Shown here piece by piece: positions 57,304 through 64,000 of a stretch of DNA of 64,000 bases (the stretch's first letter is position 1; each line of letters starts with the position of its first letter). Position numbers and translations under genes: made by a program. Source of the stretch: Bacteroidaceae bacterium (GTDB taxonomy: Bacteria > Bacteroidota > Bacteroidia > Bacteroidales > Bacteroidaceae); contig JAZRYP010000012.1 in the NCBI GenBank assembly GCA_045600825.1, forward strand, positions 3,321 to 67,320, read 5' to 3'. The notes under the pieces were generated by a model that was not told where the DNA came from, did not search any database, and was given only the letters and a program-made list of their open reading frames with translations.

Positions 57304-59117
57304 TACATTCCCCTCAGTATCTCGGCAAGCATATGATTGTCATTTCTATCCCTCACTGCAATTCGAACGAACTGCCTGTCTGAGAATGCACTTTTAGTTC
57401 CGCAGTCCTTGATGAGTACATTATGCTCCCGCAGAAGCAGTTCCGTCAATTCATGCGATGAATAGCGCGACGTCACCTCACAGAGAAAATAATTTGCCGA
57501 TGACGGTATAACTCTCAGATATGAGACATCGCAAAGTTCTCTATAGAACATTGCTCTTTCCTCTATAAATTTATCACATGCAGCATAATAATCCTTCTCA
57601 TACTTGTTAAATATCTGCATGTAAAACTCTGCAAACGAATTGATATTCCAAATGGCAACCTCCTTACGCATTGCCTCAATAAGCGCGCTGTCGGATGATG
57701 CGACAATGCCCAGGCGCAACCCCGGGACACCGTACGATTTACTTATGGATTTCACGACCGCGAGATTTGCATTATCTGAAAGAATATCGTTTCGCAGCAA
57801 AGTATTGTCCTTATGATTTTCTGTAAAATCGACAAAACTCTCATCCACGACAAGCAAAATATTTCTCTTACTGCACCATCTTACCAATAAAAGGACATCA
57901 TCTGCTGAAATATAGTTACCTGATGGGTTATCCGGATTAACAAGCAAAAGATTGGACAAATTCTTGTCTGCAAAATAATTCATCAAATCATCTGCCGTAT
58001 ATGAGAAATCACGATTGTCGGGTACATATCTGACTATATTCTCCGAAGCCAATCTGTTCGGATACTCCTCGAAAGTTGGAAATACCACACCTGTCTTCCC
58101 TTGTGCATGATTCTCCATCAGACATTTTATCAGTTCTGCAGCTCCATTGCCAACACACACATAATTCTGCCGTATCCCGAAATACTTTCCACCAAGCAGC
58201 GAATTGACAGCCATTCCCGATGGATACTGCGTAAGTAATGAGTTGAAATTTGCACACATTTCATCCTTCATCCTGGCTGGAGGGAAATAGGGATTGACCA
58301 AATAACAGAAATCCTTCAACTCCGGGAATCGCCAGTATCCACCATAGCAATGAGACAATTTGGCCAGGCGTGCATCGGCAGAGGAAAATATTGTCTCTGC
58401 TATATCCTTATCCTGAACATCATCAATCTCATACCACTTTTCATCAGTTATCGGAAGAGCCTTCAGCTCAGATTTGTCCAGAACCGTCAGCACACGCAAA
58501 ACCTGCTCATAGTACTCATTATTACCCATTGCCCTGCTGTATGCCTCAAGAAACGGCACATACTGATTCGTACAGAACTCTCTGCTGAATTTATAAATAT
58601 TGCAGGTTTTGTAATAGTATGGAACATCTGAGTATTTGAATGCCTTTTTCGGAACGAAACTGACTATTCTATTATTATCATCAATACATACCATAGTGCC
58701 ATCCATCCATGTCTCGTACTTGGCCACTAGCGCCAGATTAGGATATGGATTATCCAACAGCAGATTCAACATACGCTGTTCAAAAATCAAATCACTCTCC
58801 AGTAGCAAAGTATCATCCTCCTGCAACTGTTTCTTTGCCAGAGCCAGTGAATATATATTGTTTGTGCGGTCGAATATCGGATTGACAATATACTCAATTG
58901 TCAAGATCTCATCGTAACGGTGACCTATGTAATTCATAAGTCTCTCACCTTCATATCCGACAACTATCACCACGCGTGATAGTCCGAGACCCGTCAGATT
59001 CATGAGCATTCTATCTATCAATGGTACGCCATTAACCTCAATCATACACTTTGTGTTGGATTTTGTAAGCTCACCAAGACGCTTACCCATTCCTGCCGCC
59101 AGAATTATCGCCTGCAT
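57303..59117 (-). CDS. Fusion: LicC-like nucleotidyltransferase + class I/II (HisC/CobD-like) PLP aminotransferase/decarboxylase
   Basis: N-terminus MQAIILAAGMGKRLG. C-terminus VNPDNPSGN, VVDESFVDF and KSISKSYGVPGLRLG (PLP lysine). Confidence 0.75.
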   Translation of the reverse strand: MQAIILAAGMGKRLGELTKSNTKCMIEVNGVPLIDRMLMNLTGLGLSRVVIVVGYEGERLMNYIGHRYDEILTIEYIVNPIFDRTNNIYSLALAKKQLQEDDTLLLESDLIFEQRMLNLLLDNPYPNLALVAKYETWMDGTMVCIDDNNRIVSFVPKKAFKYSDVPYYYKTCNIYKFSREFCTNQYVPFLEAYSRAMGNNEYYEQVLRVLTVLDKSELKALPITDEKWYEIDDVQDKDIAETIFSSADARLAKLSHCYGGYWRFPELKDFCYLVNPYFPPARMKDEMCANFNSLLTQYPSGMAVNSLLGGKYFGIRQNYVCVGNGAAELIKCLMENHAQGKTGVVFPTFEEYPNRLASENIVRYVPDNRDFSYTADDLMNYFADKNLSNLLLVNPDNPSGNYISADDVLLLVRWCSKRNILLVVDESFVDFTENHKDNTLLRNDILSDNANLAVVKSISKSYGVPGLRLGIVASSDSALIEAMRKEVAIWNINSFAEFYMQIFNKYEKDYYAACDKFIEERAMFYRELCDVSYLRVIPSSANYFLCEVTSRYSSHELTELLLREHNVLIKDCGTKSAFSDRQFVRIAVRDRNDNHMLAEILRGM

Positions 59118-60649
59118 ATCACAAAACCAATATATTTTTTCACAAACCCATTGACATACTTACGTTCACTTCCCGTAATTCCTATGAAATAAACGACTAA
59201 TGCAGTCCATATCATACTGACTGTCATTACTATAATCGCAGATAAAAGGCCGTCGGACATTTCAAAAAGCCATTTTACAAGCAGTGGCAATGTCACACAC
59301 ACAGACGTCACCAAAAGAATGACAGATACAACTTCGCGCACGAACATTCTTACATCAAGTCCTACCAGTTTTCTCACGAAATACACTCTTTCAAATTGCG
59401 CTACCATTGACAAGATTATAGACACATAGAAAACAATCTCAACATCCCAATTCAGCCACTTATATCCCACATATCCCACAGGAACAATGGCAAGCAATGT
59501 CGAGCCCATACATATCTGATACCATTTGTTTCGGCCAGTAGCCTGTATTGCTGACGCCAAAGGATTTGTGAAAGTATCAATCATACCATTCACAATGAGC
59601 AATCTGGCAAAGACAACGGCATATTCAGGAACCTCCTTCAACCAAATGTCAAGAACGGCCGGAGTCTCTATAAGTATGGGCAATGCCACAATCAGCAACA
59701 TATAGTATGTAAGCCTAAGACTTTGGCACATAAGGCCAATCATATCTTCCGTCCTTCCGTCTGCGTACGATTTGATCAATTGCGGCTTTACCGCCATAAA
59801 GAAATTTGATTGCAGCTGGACGATTGTATTATACACCCTATTAGCCACATCACGCGCGGCATTCACGACAGGACCGAAAAATGGATTCAGCAACAGGAGA
59901 TTGACGCCATACGTTTTGCACACACCGGCCAATGAGCCAATCATTTCCCATCCCGTAAACGAAAAGACCTGTCTGAATATCGTTCTGTCATATTTTATCG
60001 ATACACGGCATTCAGCATAGAAGATTCTGCAGTACAGATAAAACGCAAGTGATGTCATTACCTGAACGACAAGCATCAACCATGCGTAAAGTATCAGTTT
60101 GTCATTATGAGAATGGCTCAGCAAAAGAGATATAGCCAGCGAGCCGAATGCCTCAAACACGCTGATATACGCAAAAACCTTCATTTTCTCTCTTGCAATA
60201 ACCATTCCCATATACGGGACACGCATTATCTGAAATATAAAACTTACAATTGAAAGCTGAAAGACATAATGAGCAGCATATACACGGCCGGCAAGTTTCA
60301 TTTTGTTCTCAAGAAACCACATTCCTGCACTTTCCGAGAGCAGAACAACAGTCAGTGCAATAACTATGAAAACTATTATTGTCTGACTGAAGCAGCGTCT
60401 CAACCTGTCAAAGTCGCCACGTCCTATCTCAAAGGAATAGAATCTCTGACATGCCGTTGACATTGTTGCAGAAAGGAAAGAACACATCTGTACTATGCTT
60501 CCGACAGCACCATATATGCCGAAATCGACCTTACCTAAAGCTGCAAGAATGACTCGTGACGCATAAAGATTGACCAGCATAACCACGCCCATTCTGATGT
60601 ACAGCATCAGCGTGTTTTTTGCTATCCGTTTCTGATCAATCCCTACCAT
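59105..60649 (-). CDS. Wzx-like polysaccharide flippase (MOP superfamily)
   Basis: 514 aa, about 12-14 TM helices, N-terminal KNTLMLYIRM typical of O-unit flippases. Confidence 0.7.
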   Translation of the reverse strand: MVGIDQKRIAKNTLMLYIRMGVVMLVNLYASRVILAALGKVDFGIYGAVGSIVQMCSFLSATMSTACQRFYSFEIGRGDFDRLRRCFSQTIIVFIVIALTVVLLSESAGMWFLENKMKLAGRVYAAHYVFQLSIVSFIFQIMRVPYMGMVIAREKMKVFAYISVFEAFGSLAISLLLSHSHNDKLILYAWLMLVVQVMTSLAFYLYCRIFYAECRVSIKYDRTIFRQVFSFTGWEMIGSLAGVCKTYGVNLLLLNPFFGPVVNAARDVANRVYNTIVQLQSNFFMAVKPQLIKSYADGRTEDMIGLMCQSLRLTYYMLLIVALPILIETPAVLDIWLKEVPEYAVVFARLLIVNGMIDTFTNPLASAIQATGRNKWYQICMGSTLLAIVPVGYVGYKWLNWDVEIVFYVSIILSMVAQFERVYFVRKLVGLDVRMFVREVVSVILLVTSVCVTLPLLVKWLFEMSDGLLSAIIVMTVSMIWTALVVYFIGITGSERKYVNGFVKKYIGFVICRR

Positions 60650-60681
60650 ATATCAAAATACAAAATGAGCTCTATGCCCCA

Positions 60682-62280
60682 TCATTTAAGAAGATTTCCG
60701 AGAATTGAACGGGTAAGATTTCGCACGACAGACGATGCGGCGGAACTGGCGGCCCTGCCGGCCACGGACTTGGCAGACGTGGTCTTGGATTTCTTGCCTG
60801 TTATCTTGTTGGAGACAGAAGTGCCTACGCTACGGCTCACTGAACTTATCGCGGCCCCGACTGCTGCGGTGGCTATGGTCTTGACCAGCTTGTTACCGCC
60901 GGTTTTGGTTCCGGACTTCTCTGCCTTTCCGGTAGCTTTACGTTCTTCAGCCACTGTTTCCTCCTCCTGTCGGGCCTGAGCCTCACTGGCCATTTTCTCG
61001 CTTTCGGCAAGCAGCACCTCAAACGCACTTTCGCGGTCTATAGGATGATCATAGCGTCCGTACAGACGCGAGGCATTGACAATCTGTGTACGCTGACCTT
61101 CAGAAATAGCGCCTATCTGACTTAACGGGAACAATATCCTGGCACGCTGCACTACCGACGGAGCGCCCTTCTCGTCAAGGAAAGAGACAAGAGCCTCGCC
61201 GGTCTCCAGCTGCATGATAGCCTCCTCCGTATCAAATTCGGGATTAGCGCGGAAAGTCTGCGCAGCTGCACGGACAGCCTTCTGATCCTTTGGCGTATAT
61301 GCTCTCAATGCGTGCTGTACCCTATTACCCAACTGCCCGAGTATTTCGTCAGGTATATCCGTCGGATTCTGCGTCACGAAATAAATACCCACACCTTTGC
61401 TGCGGATAAGCCTTATGACCTGTTCTATCTTATCAGTCAGAGCTTTGGAGGTACCGTCAAACAAGGTATGTGCCTCATCAAAGAAAAACACGAGTTTCGG
61501 CAAGTCCAAATCCCCCACTTCCGGAAGCTGCGCATACAAATCGGACAGCAGCCACAACAGGAACGTTGAATAAAGCTTGGGATTCAGCATCAGCTTATCG
61601 GCGGCAAGCACGCTCATCACGCCCTTACCTCCCTCGCACTGCATCAGGTCAAATATATCAAACGAAGGCTCACCGAAGAACTTCTCCGCGCCCTCGTTCT
61701 CCAATGCCAGCAGAGCTCTCTGTATGGCAGACACGCTTACCGCACTCACAGCGCCATACTGACGGCTTATATCGGCAGCATTATCAGCCACATACGTCAG
61801 CATGGACCTGAGATCCTTCAAGTCAATCAGCAGCAGGCCACGCTCATCAGCGACACGGAACAATACGTTCAGCACACCCTCCTGCACGTCATTGAGCTGC
61901 ATCAGTCGCGCAAGCAGCTGAGGTCCCATATTGGAGATAGTGGTACGCATAGGATGTCCCTGCTCGCCATACACATCGAAAAACCTGGTGGGACAGCCTG
62001 CAAATTGCGGATTTTCAATGCCGAACTCTGCACAACGCTTCTGGATAAAGCCTGTCATAGAGCCTGTCTGGCTGATACCGCTCAGGTCGCCTTTCATATC
62101 CGCCATAAAACACGGTACACCCGCCTGACAGAAAGTCTCGGCAATAACCTGAAGGGACACGGTCTTTCCCGTACCGGTAGCTCCGGCTATCAGGCCGTGC
62201 CTGTTAGCCATTTTTCCACATATTGACAACGCGCCGCAATCACAATGGGCGACATACAGACCTTTGCTGAAATCGTACAT
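60682..62280 (-). CDS. HerA-like / DUF853 (YjgR-type) P-loop ATPase with low-complexity basic tail
   Basis: Walker A GATGTGKT, Walker B VFFFDEAH. The C-terminal ~100 aa are rich in K/S/A/T/G. Confidence 0.7.
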   Translation of the reverse strand: MYDFSKGLYVAHCDCGALSICGKMANRHGLIAGATGTGKTVSLQVIAETFCQAGVPCFMADMKGDLSGISQTGSMTGFIQKRCAEFGIENPQFAGCPTRFFDVYGEQGHPMRTTISNMGPQLLARLMQLNDVQEGVLNVLFRVADERGLLLIDLKDLRSMLTYVADNAADISRQYGAVSAVSVSAIQRALLALENEGAEKFFGEPSFDIFDLMQCEGGKGVMSVLAADKLMLNPKLYSTFLLWLLSDLYAQLPEVGDLDLPKLVFFFDEAHTLFDGTSKALTDKIEQVIRLIRSKGVGIYFVTQNPTDIPDEILGQLGNRVQHALRAYTPKDQKAVRAAAQTFRANPEFDTEEAIMQLETGEALVSFLDEKGAPSVVQRARILFPLSQIGAISEGQRTQIVNASRLYGRYDHPIDRESAFEVLLAESEKMASEAQARQEEETVAEERKATGKAEKSGTKTGGNKLVKTIATAAVGAAISSVSRSVGTSVSNKITGKKSKTTSAKSVAGRAASSAASSVVRNLTRSILGNLLK

Positions 62281-62342
62281 ATATTATATTTTTAACATCG
62301 TCAAATTTACAAATAATACTTTAGATTTACGGAATAAATCAT

Positions 62343-62350
62343 TACTTTTG
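62343..62350 (+). promoter_or_regulatory. Candidate -7 box (TACTTTTG) upstream of the second AMP-ligase gene
   Basis: Matches TAnnTTTG, 27 nt upstream of the ATG at 62377, in the divergent intergenic region with the HerA-like gene. Confidence 0.3.
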
Positions 62351-62376
62351 ACAACGTTTGAAAAGTATGGCAGTCT

Positions 62377-64000
62377 ATGAGTAGTAATGTTTTCAAGAAC
62401 GTATTGGATCTCAGTAGCATCATAAACCTGAACAACCCCAGCACAATAGCTTTCTTTCAGGAAAGCATCACCAAGAACTGGGATCTGAAGGCATTGTCGG
62501 ACTATCAGGGTGAGACATATCTCTACAAGGATATCGCGGAAAGAATTGAACGGGCTCATATCCTGTACAGAAGTATCGGGCTGAATCCCGGCGATAAAAT
62601 CGCACTATGTGGCAAGAACTGCGCTAACTGGGGAATTGCATTTCTCTCAATTCTTTCATACGGAGCGGTGCCTGTGCCCATTCTGGCGGATTTCAAGTCC
62701 GACTACATTCACAACATAGTAAACCACTCCGAAGCAAAATTGCTCTACGTAGGAGATTCACAATGGAAAAGCGTCGAGCCGGACAAGATGCCTGCAATTG
62801 AAGGATATTTCAACCTGTCCAACCTGGAGTTGATTCTGGCGCCAAACGAAAAGCTGTCCGACTCATACGGAAAATTGGACGAGATTTTCAGCCAGAGATT
62901 TCCGAACGGGTTCGGCAAAAGCGATGTCGCATTCTTCAAGGAGAAAGACAGGAATGACCTTGCCATTCTGAACTACACCTCAGGAACCACGAGTTTCCCG
63001 AAAGGTGTTATGATACCTTACAGAGCGCTGCGCATGCTGATAACATACAGTCTCAAGAAGATGCCTCTCAAGCCCGGCAGCGATACAGTATGTATGCTTC
63101 CTCTGGCCCATATGTTCGGACTGATGTTTGAGTTCATCTACGATTTCATGTTGGGTTGCCACATACATTTTCTGACCAAGATTCCGAGTCCGAAGATTAT
63201 CTTCCAGACTTTCAAGGAATTCAAGCCCACGCTTATCATCACCGTGCCTCTGGTTATCGAGAAAGTTGTAAACAATGGTGTGATGCCGATTATGAACAAG
63301 CCTTCCATGAAAATAGCCCTCCAAATTCCTATTTTAAGACAGGTTATACTGAAAGGTGTCAGGAACAAACTCATTGACATATTCGGAGGTAAGATGGTAG
63401 AGCTGATTATCGGAGGCGCAGCACTCAGCAAAGAGGTTGAGAACTGCCTTAAGAAAATCAAGTTCCCATATTCAGTAGGATACGGTGCTACCGAATGCGC
63501 TCCTTTGATATCATATACACATTGGAACACATTCAAGTCCGGCACATGCGGCCAACCGATAGATGGAGTGACAGTCGAGATTCACAGTTCCGACCCTGAG
63601 AACACACCGGGCGAGATTACCATAAAGGGTGACAACGTAATGCTCGGTTACTACAAGAATCCGGAAGCCACTGCCCAGGCCATAGACGAGGACGGATGGT
63701 TCTACACCGGCGATATGGGTCTTATGGACAAGCACGGTTTCATCACGATAAAGGGTCGTAGCAAGAATATGATTCTAGGTTCCTCCGGGCAGAACATATA
63801 TCCGGAAGAAATTGAAACCATAATAAACAAGCTGCCTTTGGTGTCAGAATCGCTGGTGGTGGAACGTGACGGCAAATTGGTAGGTCTCATAGTCGCCGAC
63901 CAGGAAGCAGTAAGGAATGAAAGTCTAAGCCGTCAGCAGATTGAGCAGCGCATCGATGCGTCACGCAAGGAAATGAACGAATCGCTCCCGGCTTACGAGA
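62377..64000 (+). CDS. AMP-dependent synthetase / acyl-CoA ligase-like, paralogue of 46863-48524, 3' partial
   Basis: Not in the ORF track because it has no stop in the window. My translation from ATG 62377 gives MSSNVFKNVLD..ITKNWDLKALSDYQGETYLYKDIAERIERAHILYRSIGLNPGDKIALCGKNCANWG.. It continues through LNYTSGTTSFPKGV and GYGATECAP, and stays open to nt 64000 (..SRKEMNESLPAYE). Confidence 0.85.
   Translation, partial: MSSNVFKNVLDLSSIINLNNPSTIAFFQESITKNWDLKALSDYQGETYLYKDIAERIERAHILYRSIGLNPGDKIALCGKNCANWGIAFLSILSYGAVPVPILADFKSDYIHNIVNHSEAKLLYVGDSQWKSVEPDKMPAIEGYFNLSNLELILAPNEKLSDSYGKLDEIFSQRFPNGFGKSDVAFFKEKDRNDLAILNYTSGTTSFPKGVMIPYRALRMLITYSLKKMPLKPGSDTVCMLPLAHMFGLMFEFIYDFMLGCHIHFLTKIPSPKIIFQTFKEFKPTLIITVPLVIEKVVNNGVMPIMNKPSMKIALQIPILRQVILKGVRNKLIDIFGGKMVELIIGGAALSKEVENCLKKIKFPYSVGYGATECAPLISYTHWNTFKSGTCGQPIDGVTVEIHSSDPENTPGEITIKGDNVMLGYYKNPEATAQAIDEDGWFYTGDMGLMDKHGFITIKGRSKNMILGSSGQNIYPEEIETIINKLPLVSESLVVERDGKLVGLIVADQEAVRNESLSRQQIEQRIDASRKEMNESLPAYE

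Noticed and set aside
60682-62280. The HerA-like ATPase as the core of a phage-defence system.
   Set aside because: It is a single gene with no adjacent nuclease, Sir2, DUF4297 or other effector. It resembles stand-alone YjgR/DUF853 proteins. It is kept only as a low-interest observation.

Overview
This looks like a chromosomal segment from a Bacteroidota genome, probably Bacteroidales. The taxon is inferred from TAnnTTTG/TTTG promoter boxes, BACON and fimbrillin-type lipoproteins, and ileS-dksA/traR-lspA-DUF4296 synteny. It is densely coding, with about 49 protein genes (both window ends cut genes) and one tRNA-Lys(CTT). I saw no rRNA, CRISPR array, transposase or integrase.

Layout:
- 1-2.6 kb: LRR-BACON-M64 metallopeptidase plus a fimbrillin-like lipoprotein.
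- 2.6-17.1 kb: seven tightly packed minus-strand genes. They are a dimodular NRPS ending in a thioester reductase (C-A-T-C-A-T-R), two PaaK/F390-synthetase-like ligases, a MATE exporter, a membrane sensor fusing a SpoIIE/PP2C phosphatase to an RsbW-like kinase, a STAS protein, and an orphan ABC ATPase.
- 17.2-30.2 kb: glycan and hexuronate catabolism (CE1-like esterase, GH31, CBM9-like lipoprotein, kdgK, LarA-like protein, uxaC, uxaE-like) interleaved with pdxB, gnd and tRNA-Lys.
- 30.2-46.8 kb: housekeeping genes (BamA/TamA-family OMP, TrmH-family methyltransferase, lspA, dksA/traR, ileS, hisHAF-IE, FtsE-like ATPase, lysC, lysA, FtsX-like permease, YggS).
- 46.9-64 kb: a glycan-decoration region. 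It holds an AMP-ligase-YfhO-GT2 operon that converges on a low-GC minus-strand cassette (Wzx, nucleotidyltransferase-aminotransferase fusion, opine-dehydrogenase-family protein, LicD, Bcs1-like CDP-ribitol synthase, TagF-like phosphotransferase, Caps_synth). A HerA-like ATPase and a second AMP-ligase paralogue follow.

The best candidate for an undescribed system is the 2.6-17.1 kb block. It is a reductase-terminated NRPS pathway (predicted N-acyl dipeptide aldehyde or pyrazinone chemistry) with a transmembrane partner-switching module and an orphan ABC ATPase embedded in the same apparent operon.

All calls come from reading motifs in the supplied translations and the DNA. No database or HMM search was run, so family assignments are recognition-level and substrates are inference.
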